From Bdellovibrionales bacterium (GTDB lineage: Bacteria; Bdellovibrionota; Bdellovibrionia; Bdellovibrionales; UBA1609): 64,000 nt of DNA. The stretch is from positions 96,001-160,000 of the forward strand of contig CBDHDF010000004.1 in NCBI GenBank assembly GCA_965261545.1, written 5' to 3'. Position numbers and translations under genes: made by a program. The notes beneath the pieces were generated by a model, which saw nothing but the letters and a program-made list of their open reading frames with translations, did no database searches and was not told the DNA's origin. Shown piece by piece: positions 30,861 to 40,126 of the stretch (position 1 is the stretch's first letter; every line of letters begins with the position of its first letter).

Positions 30861-31778
30861 CTACCGAAGACAACTGAACTTCTTTTTTGTGTTGAGGGCT
30901 TTAAGAATCTTGGCCGTAGATTCCATAAGGTTGCGGAACTCCTCAAAGTGAAGGGATTGGTGTCCATCGGATTTAGCCTTATCGGGCTGGTTGTGAACTT
31001 CCACCATGATTCCATCGGCTCCTGCTGCGATGGCAGCCAAAGACATGGGGATCACAAGCTCCCGCCGTCCCGTTCCGTGGGAGGGGTCGGCCAACACGGG
31101 AAAGTGAGTGTTTTGTTTGAGGTAGGCCACAGCATTGAGGTCAAAGGTGTTGCGAGTTTTTGTTTCAAAGCTGCGGATTCCTCTCTCACACAGAATCACA
31201 TTTTTGTTGCCATGAAGGGCTATGTATTCAGCGGCAAAAATCCACTCATCAATAAGAGCTGAAAAGCTGCGCTTTAAGAGCACTGGCTTATGGGTGGCTC
31301 CGAGTTCCTTGAGAAGTTCGTAATTATACATATTTCGCGAACCTACCTGAAAGACATCGACGAAATCCATCATGTCATCAATTTGTCTGGGATCCGTCAC
31401 TTCAGAGATAAAGGGAAGCTGGACTTTGGATTTGACCTCTCGAGCAATGTCAAAAGCCTCTCGTCCCAGGCCCTGAAAGGTGTGGGGGCTGGTTCGTAGC
31501 TTAAACATACCCCCGCGCAGAGCCATGGCTCCTTGTTTTTTGACAAATTGAGCAATGGTGTGAAATTGTTCCTTGGACTCAATGGCACAGGGGCCAGCTA
31601 TGACCGAAAAAAAGTTGCCCCCAATAGGGTAAGGCCCTACGTGGACAATGGGAGCCGTTTTTACTCCCGCCTTGGTGGGGGAGCCTCCTTTGTCGAAGTC
31701 GGAATGACTTTCTTTATTATTATGGCCTTTTTTAATTTTCACTGAAGGCGTTTGATCCACTTGAGCTGCTTTAGTCAT
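30861..31778 (-). CDS. aroF: 3-deoxy-7-phosphoheptulonate (DAHP) synthase, class I-beta
   Basis: IAGPCAIES, FKLRTSPHTFQG, LCERGIRSFE, ADPSHGTG. Confidence 0.93.
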   Translation of the reverse strand: MTKAAQVDQTPSVKIKKGHNNKESHSDFDKGGSPTKAGVKTAPIVHVGPYPIGGNFFSVIAGPCAIESKEQFHTIAQFVKKQGAMALRGGMFKLRTSPHTFQGLGREAFDIAREVKSKVQLPFISEVTDPRQIDDMMDFVDVFQVGSRNMYNYELLKELGATHKPVLLKRSFSALIDEWIFAAEYIALHGNKNVILCERGIRSFETKTRNTFDLNAVAYLKQNTHFPVLADPSHGTGRRELVIPMSLAAIAAGADGIMVEVHNQPDKAKSDGHQSLHFEEFRNLMESTAKILKALNTKKKFSCLR

Positions 31779-31887
31779 TGATTGAATTCCTTAAGCCTAC
31801 AAAAATCCAGTGGGGGCTCCAGAATGTAGGGAATGTAGGGACATTACAAGTTCACCCATCCCGTGGAGGCCCAGATCTAGTGGAGGG

Positions 31888-32958
31888 TTATAACTTTATC
31901 CAGTCTAAGGCGGCAAGTTCATTGTCAAACCCCCAGCCCAAGCCCTTTGGTGGTGTGAAACGAGGGGAAGTGGAATCTAGGGAAAACATATTTATATCTT
32001 TCTCAAAAACTCCAATATCTTGCAGGCCGCAGGAAAGGACCCGGTTTTTAAAATTTTCCCTTGCCCAGCAAGCCCACCACCCTGCCGTAGATTGCCCTAA
32101 AGGGTGGTCCATATAGTGAGTCAAAACCAAAGAGTGGTCAAGTCCTCCATATCGATCCATTACTTTTTTCACATTTTGGATGGCAGGCTTAAGGACGAGA
32201 ACATGAAAAACCTCGGGGGAAACCTCCATGGGACTTGCCGCCATGTCGAGAGCAAGCTGAAAAGGGTAGTTTTTTGAAAGAAATTCCCAGGATTTTTCTT
32301 CAAAAGGAGTGGGATCCTCTATAAATTCAATATGTCTTAGTAAATCTCCATTCTTCTCAAGCCAGTCACAAAATTCCTTCACCTGAAGGGATTCGTTAAA
32401 GTCCAAGCGAAAAAGGGGGAGAGGTATTGGACATGGGGGAGAGCCATGTGTTTGGCATAAGATATGTGTTTGACATAAGAGACTAAGCTGTCTCAATTTT
32501 TGTGTTTCTTCTTTAAGATGCCGACCCATCTTTACTTTAAATTGGTAGTACCCCCTAGATCTAAGGTTTAAGAATTCAGTGGGAGTCAAAGACAGGACAT
32601 CTAAGATGAGGCAGTGATTCCAAATTGCTGTGGAGATGGAAGGGGAAAAAGAATCAAAGCCACTTTGCCTTTCAAACCTCCACTTGGCATCCATCCAGGC
32701 ATGGAAAACTGCGTGCTTAAAGTGGGGGGAATTCATAGTCGCTCTTACGGAGTGTATCATACTGCTATCGGAGTGAGCCGTGTGGCCTGCGGTATGAGCC
32801 GTGTGGCCCATGTTATGACTCATGTGGTAATCGGTGTAGCCCGTATATCCATGGGGCCACTCCACTTTTAAGATAACTCCTCGCTGAGGGCTTTTGTCAT
32901 GGCGACTATTGCAATGAAAAAGGGGCTGAAGTTCGTAGGGGTTTACCCAAAAGTTCAT
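31888..32958 (-). CDS. menC: o-Succinylbenzoate synthase (enolase superfamily)
   Basis: FKVKMG (KxK), RLDFN, FIEDP, ALD, VLKPA; directly follows menA. Confidence 0.75.
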   Translation of the reverse strand: MNFWVNPYELQPLFHCNSRHDKSPQRGVILKVEWPHGYTGYTDYHMSHNMGHTAHTAGHTAHSDSSMIHSVRATMNSPHFKHAVFHAWMDAKWRFERQSGFDSFSPSISTAIWNHCLILDVLSLTPTEFLNLRSRGYYQFKVKMGRHLKEETQKLRQLSLLCQTHILCQTHGSPPCPIPLPLFRLDFNESLQVKEFCDWLEKNGDLLRHIEFIEDPTPFEEKSWEFLSKNYPFQLALDMAASPMEVSPEVFHVLVLKPAIQNVKKVMDRYGGLDHSLVLTHYMDHPLGQSTAGWWACWARENFKNRVLSCGLQDIGVFEKDINMFSLDSTSPRFTPPKGLGWGFDNELAALDWIKL

Positions 32959-33851
32959 AGGAGCCAAAGTCCCAATGTCAACTGAAGTCCAAAAAGAGTG
33001 TGAATAAGAGAAGCTTTCGCAAGATACTGGTTGTAAACGGGACCTGGGTCATTGTCATAGATTTCTCGAAGGAGGGATCGGCATAGGGGAAAGCTCATCA
33101 GGGGGAGGGTTGCAGCAAGCCAGTGGCCCTTCATAGCCCAAAAGCATAAAAAACCAAAGCTTAATAAAGTGAGAAATAGTATCTCCGTCCTTACAAAACC
33201 AGGGCCCCAGCGAACCGCCAATGTTTTTTTAAAAGCCAGGCGATCCTGTTGAATATCCCTAAGGTTATTGATAGCAATGAGAACTGTGGAGAGAAGCCCC
33301 ACTTGAAGTCCTCCTACAAGAGCCTCCCATGAGAATGTCAATGTGTGCAGGTAATAGACACCACCCACGGCAATAATCCCAAAAAATAAAAGGACAAAAA
33401 GATCTCCGAGTCCCTTGTAGGCCAAGGGAAAGGGGCCGCCTGTGTAGGCATAGGCCAAGAGTAAAGATACAAGTCCCGTTACCAATATGACCAAACCCCC
33501 ACGCATTACCAAGGGAATGCCAAATAAGGCGGCCATGCCTAGGGAGAGAAGGGCTCCAGCCATCACCCTTTGCGGTGATAGCAAGCCACTTTGCGTGACT
33601 CTCTGGGGACCAATGCGGTCTTGGGTATCTGCTCCCTTTTTAAAGTCAAGGGAGTCATTGATAAGATTGGTTCCTATTTGAATAAAAAGAGAAGATAAAA
33701 GAGCCCATAGACTGATAAGGCCGTGGACTTTATGACCTGTGGTTGCAACCAAAGCTGTTCCAACAGCAATGGGAATGATGGCCGCAGTGAGTGTTCTGAC
33801 TCTTAAGGCGATGCACCACTTCCAAAATGTATTCCAAAGTATGATCCACAA
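32955..33851 (-). CDS. menA: 1,4-dihydroxy-2-naphthoate prenyltransferase
   Basis: QIGTNLINDSLDFKKGADT, YTGGPFPLAYKGLGD, NNLRDIQQD, KKTLAVR. Confidence 0.95.
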   Translation of the reverse strand: MWIILWNTFWKWCIALRVRTLTAAIIPIAVGTALVATTGHKVHGLISLWALLSSLFIQIGTNLINDSLDFKKGADTQDRIGPQRVTQSGLLSPQRVMAGALLSLGMAALFGIPLVMRGGLVILVTGLVSLLLAYAYTGGPFPLAYKGLGDLFVLLFFGIIAVGGVYYLHTLTFSWEALVGGLQVGLLSTVLIAINNLRDIQQDRLAFKKTLAVRWGPGFVRTEILFLTLLSFGFLCFWAMKGHWLAATLPLMSFPLCRSLLREIYDNDPGPVYNQYLAKASLIHTLFGLQLTLGLWLL

Positions 33852-33914
33852 TTTATTTCACCAATAATTCTACGCTGCAGGAAACTGACGGGAGATTACA
33901 AACTATAAGTTTGT

Positions 33915-34004
33915 TGGCGGAGAGCAAGGGATTCGAACCCTTGAGACCCGTGAAGGTCTGCCGGTTTTCAAGACCGGTGCTTTCGACCACTCAGCCAGCT
34001 CTCC
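33915..34004 (-). tRNA. tRNA-Ser(TGA)
   Basis: GGAGAGCTGGCTGAGTGG...CTTGAAA...long variable arm...GGTTCGAATCCCTTGCTCTCCGCCA. Confidence 0.96.
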
Positions 34005-34097
34005 GTGGGATAACTTATTCACCGAACCTGTTTCTGTCTATTTCTTATAGGGATTTTTGTGGAAATTTCTGGAGAAATAATGTGATGCATTATAGAT

Positions 34098-34733
34098 TTG
34101 ACATTGGAAGAGCTCATCAATACACCCAAGGCAAGGATGAAGAACAGCCATGTTTTCTTATTAGCTATGATCGTGACATTTGTTTTTGGAAGTTCCTGTG
34201 CTTACAAAATGGGTTTTGAATATCGCCCTCTTTTTGATAAGTACTACCAAGTAGCTATTCCTATTTTTTCAAATAAAACCCAATATATAGGTGCTGAACC
34301 TAGCTTTACCAATGCTCTTGTGAGCCAATTTCATCGCTCCAAGATGATCGAAGTGACTTCCATGGCTCAAGCTCCTATCGCCGTTGAAGGTTATATTGAA
34401 AGTATTGAATTTAGACCTTCTGCTGTTGCCGCAGGACCTAAGAGTTCGCTCAGTGGCAGAACGGCTCCTTTTTTACCACCCAATACTATTTTGGTAACAG
34501 AGTACCTTGTCATTGCGAGAGTAAAGATTTTTTTACGCCGAACCTCAGACAAGAAAATCTTATGGCAAAGTGACTTTATCAACGAAAAGACCTATAGAGC
34601 CCCCCAGGTGGGCTTAGAAACAGTCAACACAGCCAACCCTCTTTATAACCATAGTGCGAGAAATAGAGTTCTCCAAGAGTTGGCAGAAACCATGATGTCT
34701 GAAGCCCATGACCGAATGATGGAAAGTTTCTGA
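34098..34733 (+). CDS. lptE: LPS assembly lipoprotein LptE
   Basis: Lipobox SSCAY, VAIPIFSNKT, FTNAL; upstream of holA; true start likely ATG 34137. Confidence 0.8.
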   Translation: MTLEELINTPKARMKNSHVFLLAMIVTFVFGSSCAYKMGFEYRPLFDKYYQVAIPIFSNKTQYIGAEPSFTNALVSQFHRSKMIEVTSMAQAPIAVEGYIESIEFRPSAVAAGPKSSLSGRTAPFLPPNTILVTEYLVIARVKIFLRRTSDKKILWQSDFINEKTYRAPQVGLETVNTANPLYNHSARNRVLQELAETMMSEAHDRMMESF

Positions 34734-34765
34734 TTGAGAGTTTTTGATTGATGGAGAAGCTTTAA

Positions 34766-35773
34766 ATGGCCATTTGGGACTTTCACAAGCTTCAGCAGCA
34801 CTTGTCTAAGAGCACCCCCCCCTCTCCCTCGTATTTTATCTTTGGCCAAGAGAGCTTCCTTATTGAAAAGGCCCTAAAGTTACTACAGTCGAAAACAGTG
34901 AGCAAAGACCTTGAAGACTTTAATGTAGAAAAGTTTGATGCACAAAATGCATCTGCAACTGAGGTTAAAAATGCGGTAATGACACTTCCCATGATGGCCT
35001 CTCATAGGTTTGTTCTATTTCAAAATGTTCACAAGCTCCAAAATCAGGACTGGGAGGTTCTCACATCTTTCATAGAAAAACCCATGGACAGCTGTGTGTT
35101 GGTTCTCGTAGCAGAAAAAGTAGATCAAAGAAAAAAGTATTTTAAGACCCTCAGTCGCTATTGTGTATGTGTGGAGCTTAAAACTCTCTATGATCGCCAA
35201 ATTCCCATGTGGATTGAAAACATGGTTGCCAAAAAGGGCCTTCAAATCAACCCAGGAGCAAAAGCCTTACTTCATCAATGGGTGGGGTCCAATCTTCATG
35301 AAATTCAAAACGAAATATTCAAGTTGAAATCTTATATGGGTCACCGTTCTCATATTTGTGAAGATGATATCATGAAGGTAGTAAGTCGTTCCAGGGTTCA
35401 TAGCATCTTTGAACTGACCCATGCCATTGGAGAAAGAGATGCCTCTACAGCTCTCATACTTCTTGCTCGTCTCCTCAAAAGTGGAGAAAGTGAAGTGGCC
35501 ATTCTTATTTTAGTTTTGCGTCATATTCGAACCTTAGGGATGATTCAAAAGGCTCAGTCCCAGGGTTTGAATGGAACCAAACTTAGTTCCACAGTGGGCA
35601 TTCATCCTTTTTTCTTAAAGCAGTACCAGCAGCAATCTCGCTTATGGAGTCCCTCGAAGATTAAAAGCGCCATCCACCTACTCCACAACACAGACCGAGC
35701 CCTCAAGTCTTCTTCTATTAACTCCCATATATGGCTGGAAAACTTTATTTTCCAATCCTGTCAGAACAACTAG
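34766..35773 (+). CDS. holA: DNA polymerase III delta subunit
   Basis: YFIFGQESFL, TLPMMASHR, NEIFKL, SIFELT, DRALKSS. Confidence 0.92.
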   Translation: MAIWDFHKLQQHLSKSTPPSPSYFIFGQESFLIEKALKLLQSKTVSKDLEDFNVEKFDAQNASATEVKNAVMTLPMMASHRFVLFQNVHKLQNQDWEVLTSFIEKPMDSCVLVLVAEKVDQRKKYFKTLSRYCVCVELKTLYDRQIPMWIENMVAKKGLQINPGAKALLHQWVGSNLHEIQNEIFKLKSYMGHRSHICEDDIMKVVSRSRVHSIFELTHAIGERDASTALILLARLLKSGESEVAILILVLRHIRTLGMIQKAQSQGLNGTKLSSTVGIHPFFLKQYQQQSRLWSPSKIKSAIHLLHNTDRALKSSSINSHIWLENFIFQSCQNN

Positions 35774-37119
35774 CGACCAAAGTCGTCTTGATAACGATGA
35801 ATATCTGACTCAAGAAGCTGAGACCCCCTTTGAACTTCGATAAAACCAAGAGGTCCATCCCCCGTGTTGGCCATACGGTGCTTGGTTTGAATGGGAATAT
35901 GGATATAATCCCCCTCCTTCACGGGATAAACTTTATCGTCAATAGTCACTTCTCCCTGGCCCTGAATCACCACCCAGTGTTCTTCACGAAAATCATGGGA
36001 TTGATAGGAAAGTTTCGCCCTAGGGTGAACCCATATTTTTTTGACAACGGCGGAGTTGTTTTGAAGCAAGGTTTCGTAGGACCCCCAAGGGCGAGTATCC
36101 CAGGTGTGATACTCCGTGGATTGGGGAGACAGCTTTTTGACTTGCTGGAGAAGCTCTTTCATATTGGAGGGAGTATTCGTATCACAAATCAAAAGGGCAT
36201 CGGGAGTGTCCACAACAGTAAGATTCTCAACTCCTAGGAAGCCAATGGTTTTGGGAGCGAGGCTCAAGGAACGATTGTTTTTGGCATTGACTTCTATATT
36301 CTGAGATTGAGTTTTCAATGGCTCTTTGGTGCTAAAAACCTGTTCCCAGGAACCTAAATCACTCCAACCAATATCTGCGAGAAGACATAGGCGCGGTGAA
36401 AGGACTTCCATAATTCCGTGGTCAAAACTTTTGGGGGAGATGAGATTATAGATATCATCCATGTTGGAGTTGTCTGGAAGAGTCATCTCCATTTGTTTCC
36501 AAAGTTGGGGCATCAACTCTTGAAAGTTCTGAATCATTCCTTTCACACGAAAAAAAAACATTCCAGCATTCCATAGGAAGTTCTCGCACCTCACATATCT
36601 TTCAGCCACTGAGAGATCAGGCTTCTCATGGAAACAAAGAACTTGATTGTGGGGCCCGACCTCAATATACCCAAACCCTGTGGCGGGGTAACTCGGCGGG
36701 ATACCTAGAGTCACCACATTGTTTCCCCGGGCAAGTTCTTCAGCTCTGTGGGCCAAGCGAATCAATTCATCTTCTTTCTCAATCAGTTGATCTGCAGGAA
36801 AAATACCCACCACTTCATTTTCAAGGGATCGAAGTTTTAACTGGTGGCAAAGCCTGGCAATGGCGGGAGCTGTGTTTCGGCCAAAGGGCTCATAGATTGC
36901 AGAGTCTAAAGACATTTGGCACTGTTGAAGGCATTGCTCCGTGAGGGTTCTTAAGTTTTTCGTTGTTAAAACCAAAGGAGGTCCAAGGGGACAGACGCGT
37001 CGTAGGGTTTTGATCATCAAGGACTCGTCAAAAAAAGAACAAAAGGGCTTGGGAAAAGCTTTTCTAGAAATGGGCCATAATCTCTCTCCACTTCCCCCAG
37101 ATATAATCACTGGAATCAT
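35770..37119 (-). CDS. manC: Mannose-1-phosphate guanylyltransferase / mannose-6-phosphate isomerase
   Basis: ISGGSGERLWPISR, EPFGRNTAPA, WNAGMF, WSDLGSW, RPWG cupin domain. Confidence 0.95.
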   Translation of the reverse strand: MIPVIISGGSGERLWPISRKAFPKPFCSFFDESLMIKTLRRVCPLGPPLVLTTKNLRTLTEQCLQQCQMSLDSAIYEPFGRNTAPAIARLCHQLKLRSLENEVVGIFPADQLIEKEDELIRLAHRAEELARGNNVVTLGIPPSYPATGFGYIEVGPHNQVLCFHEKPDLSVAERYVRCENFLWNAGMFFFRVKGMIQNFQELMPQLWKQMEMTLPDNSNMDDIYNLISPKSFDHGIMEVLSPRLCLLADIGWSDLGSWEQVFSTKEPLKTQSQNIEVNAKNNRSLSLAPKTIGFLGVENLTVVDTPDALLICDTNTPSNMKELLQQVKKLSPQSTEYHTWDTRPWGSYETLLQNNSAVVKKIWVHPRAKLSYQSHDFREEHWVVIQGQGEVTIDDKVYPVKEGDYIHIPIQTKHRMANTGDGPLGFIEVQRGSQLLESDIHRYQDDFGR

Positions 37120-37205
37120 AACTTTCTCTTTGTGTGGTCGAAGCGTTCTTTCATTGATCTCTCGGTTTCATCAAGTTTCATCAGTTTCATTGATCTCATC
37201 AGGTT

Positions 37206-37772
37206 TTACTCTGAGGCACTCTTCTCTGAAGAATGGGTGATTTGATGGACAACTCTTTCTACGATATCCGTGGTGGAATGACCTGAAACAAGCTGTAGGG
37301 ATTTGACAATTCCTCCGTTTTTTCGCATAAAATCTGCTCCCACGATACGATCAATGGGCCAATCTCCTCCCTTGACTAACACATGGGGCTTGATATTTTC
37401 AATGAGTGGAAGTGGATTTTTGTTACCAAAAAAACAAACATAATCCACACAAGATAGAGCCAAAAGAATTTCGGCACGATCTTCTTGTGTCTGAATAGGG
37501 CGGTGGGGCCCCTTAAGCATGCGAACACTTTCATCATTGTCCACTCCAACAACAAGGACATCTCCACAGGCCTTAGCTTCTTGTAAATAACGAATATGGC
37601 CTATGTGGAGGATATCAAAGCAACCATTGGTAAATACAATTCTCTTATTGTGATGTTTCTTTAAGTTGTTGACAAGTTCATCCAAGGCAAGAGCTGTACT
37701 CAGAGAAGGAGAAATCACTGAGGGGGAGGGGGCTCCTAGGTTTGAAGTGAAAGGTGTATCCATAACGCCCAT
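37206..37772 (-). CDS. rfaE2: D-glycero-beta-D-manno-heptose 1-phosphate adenylyltransferase
   Basis: FTNGCFDILHIGH, KGPHRP, LVKGGDW, GHSTT. Confidence 0.92.
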   Translation of the reverse strand: MGVMDTPFTSNLGAPSPSVISPSLSTALALDELVNNLKKHHNKRIVFTNGCFDILHIGHIRYLQEAKACGDVLVVGVDNDESVRMLKGPHRPIQTQEDRAEILLALSCVDYVCFFGNKNPLPLIENIKPHVLVKGGDWPIDRIVGADFMRKNGGIVKSLQLVSGHSTTDIVERVVHQITHSSEKSASE

Positions 37773-37778
37773 GAGAGG

Positions 37779-38738
37779 CTAACAATGTCTATAGAGTTGG
37801 AGACCTGTTAAATAATAAGTCATATCTTTTCTTATCAGAAGTGACAAAAGAGGCAACATGAAAAGAGAGATCACAACCACAATACTTCTCCAGAAAACAA
37901 GAAGAGGGTAGTAAGCTTTCTTCATCTGCTTTTCGTGACCAAGTTGGCAGTCAAATGTCCACTCTCCCAATGTGCAACCAAAATAACTACGGGTTAACAC
38001 AGAGTAGATAGTAAAAGCCCCTATGCACATGGCTCCCATAGCCAGATGAATATTGAAATTCCATGGAATGTTCAACATAAATTGCATAGAGTTGAACTCG
38101 TTGACAGTGAGAAAGCAGAGGAGAAAAGCTAAAGAAATAGCCCCCCCTACCATAATATCTAAGGTCAATGAGGAAAGAGAGAGGGGAATCGCTTTCAAAG
38201 GCATGGCTGTTGAAGCAGATGAGGCCACAGGGGTGATTGAGGTTGCTGGGACAGTCGAAGAAGTCGTTGAGTGGGCGGGGGACATCGGAGTGAACATGGC
38301 CTTTTTGGGAGTCATCTTGGGAGTCATCATATTCGCCCTTGGGGTGGCCTCTTCCATAGAGGGCCACAGGGGTTGAGCAAAACTACGAATTTCTGAGGAG
38401 TTACTTACCAAGGGACCACGATCACTCAGGGGGCCACGACCACTCAGGGGGGCACTTGTCGAGGGGTTCATCTGTCCATTTCGAGAGGCACTGGCCTCAA
38501 CTTGATCAAAAGATGCCAATATTTCATTGAGAGCCTTGGCGGAGGCAGGCTCTTTTTCATCTAAAAGCCCCATGGGAACGCAATGGGGAAGTTCCACATC
38601 CATGGAATCTTTCATCGCTTTTTTCATATTGGAGCCAAGGTGAAGAGATTTCTTGTGAAACCCCAAGCCCCCAGTGATGGGCTTAACATGAAATTCATTA
38701 AAGGGGTCAGCTTCTTTACCTATATTTTCTTTTTCCAT
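37779..38738 (-). CDS. RDD-family membrane protein with disordered N-terminus
   Basis: DPFNEFHVKPITGGLGFHKK N-terminal motif; RDD-like helices with TLGEW; start chosen at ATG 38738. Confidence 0.75.
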   Translation of the reverse strand: MEKENIGKEADPFNEFHVKPITGGLGFHKKSLHLGSNMKKAMKDSMDVELPHCVPMGLLDEKEPASAKALNEILASFDQVEASASRNGQMNPSTSAPLSGRGPLSDRGPLVSNSSEIRSFAQPLWPSMEEATPRANMMTPKMTPKKAMFTPMSPAHSTTSSTVPATSITPVASSASTAMPLKAIPLSLSSLTLDIMVGGAISLAFLLCFLTVNEFNSMQFMLNIPWNFNIHLAMGAMCIGAFTIYSVLTRSYFGCTLGEWTFDCQLGHEKQMKKAYYPLLVFWRSIVVVISLFMLPLLSLLIRKDMTYYLTGLQLYRHC

Positions 38739-38784
38739 ACCTTCCTTTTCTCGAAGTATAAACAACTTATAAAAACTGTGGTGG

Positions 38785-39333
38785 CTAGGCTTCAGTTTCA
38801 AAAGAGCATGGGGATTGAGAAGGAGGAGGGGAGGATTTTGCATTCTCCCCATGGGCTTCCCTTTCCTTTGTTATGAGTAACTCTTTGAAAACTCTTTGAC
38901 GAAGCTGAGCAAAAATCGGTTCTTGTATGGACAGTTGAGGCTTTTGAATGATGCACTGATGTCCCAGATTGGCCTTTTTATTGATCACAAGAGGAGCTTT
39001 TGTGTTAGCTGTCATTTGACTAGGATCGTCTTCAGGTATGGCCAAGATGGAGAAAATACAACAGTCCTTTTCGGACTCGACCTGTACAGCCTCCAAGTCA
39101 TATTGTGTCAGATCAAAATTAAGCTTGGGAGCAAAAAAAACAGGCTCAATAAGTGGAAATATCATTTCGGGTTTTTCGTAGTTCTCTAGCCAAGAAAAGA
39201 TACCAATATCAGTATCACTCATGAGACTAAAGTTTTTTAGGTCACGAAAACCCAGAAGGCCCTCTGGGAAATGAATATAAGTACTCTCTCTTTTGAATTC
39301 CATGGAAAAAAGTCCAGACTTTTGAATAGTCAT
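38785..39333 (-). CDS. fliW: Flagellar assembly factor FliW
   Basis: IHFPEGLLGF, FPLIEPVFF, MTANTKAPLVIN; adjacent to csrA. Confidence 0.88.
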   Translation of the reverse strand: MTIQKSGLFSMEFKRESTYIHFPEGLLGFRDLKNFSLMSDTDIGIFSWLENYEKPEMIFPLIEPVFFAPKLNFDLTQYDLEAVQVESEKDCCIFSILAIPEDDPSQMTANTKAPLVINKKANLGHQCIIQKPQLSIQEPIFAQLRQRVFKELLITKEREAHGENAKSSPPPSQSPCSFETEA

Positions 39334-39470
39334 TTCACCCCCCCTGCGTGCAGGGTAACCCCCATCGGCAAGTTCTGGCAAGGTCTAATTCTTACATAGT
39401 GTTATAATAAACTTCTGCAAAAAACTTACAAAAAATTTTTACGAAGGAAAGGGTTTGACACAATGCAAAT

Positions 39471-39698
39471 CTAATCTTTAAGGATCTTAGATGCGGCGCG
39501 TATTTTTTGGGCCCCCGGATCCACGGAAGCTTTATTTTGATTTTGTATAGCTGAATAAATTTCTTCTCGATGAATTCTAGTATTATTGGGAGCCTCAATG
39601 CCTAAACGCACTTGCTTGCCCTTAATCTGAACCACACTGATTTTAATATGGTCATCAATAGCTATGCTCTCACCGAGCTTTCTTGTTAGAACCAGCAC
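39471..39698 (-). CDS. csrA: Carbon storage regulator CsrA
   Basis: MLVLTRKLGESI...VRLGIEAP...IHREEIY. Confidence 0.97.
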   Translation of the reverse strand: MLVLTRKLGESIAIDDHIKISVVQIKGKQVRLGIEAPNNTRIHREEIYSAIQNQNKASVDPGAQKIRAASKILKD

Positions 39699-39980
39699 TT
39701 AAGACTTCTCCTTCAACATCCTCGTCAAAGATTAAAAGCTTTACCAATGGTGGAGGCAGCATGAATTTGGAAAGATATGCTTGAAAAAGGTCGCCTTGAG
39801 CAAGCTTCTCCGTTTCCAGGGGTTTTTCTCGCTCAGGCAAGTCCCTTGGAACCACCCGAAGGAAACCTATACAGTAAAAAAGTGGATTAGAAAAGATTTA
39901 GTTTCACAAAAAATCAATCACTACGGAGAGTATAACTTTAAGCATTGAGCTTCAATTAAAAGGAAGAGGAGGGTGCACCC

Positions 39981-40126
39981 CTACTCGGGGAGTGATAAAT
40001 ATGAATCGAGGAGGTGCTCTGCAACGGCAGCGGCATCAACTTCATATCGCCCTTGGTCAATGAGTTTCTGAAGATGCTTAATGCGCACTTCGTCAATGCT
40101 TTGATCCTTGGCCATGGCTTTGATTT
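39981..40126 (-). pseudogene. flgM: 3' fragment of anti-sigma-28 factor FlgM, truncated by IS1634
   Basis: Manual translation IKAMAKDQSIDEVRIKHLQKLIDQGRYEVDAAAVAEHLLDSYLSLPE* matches the FlgM C-terminal pattern; abuts the IS end. Confidence 0.8.
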
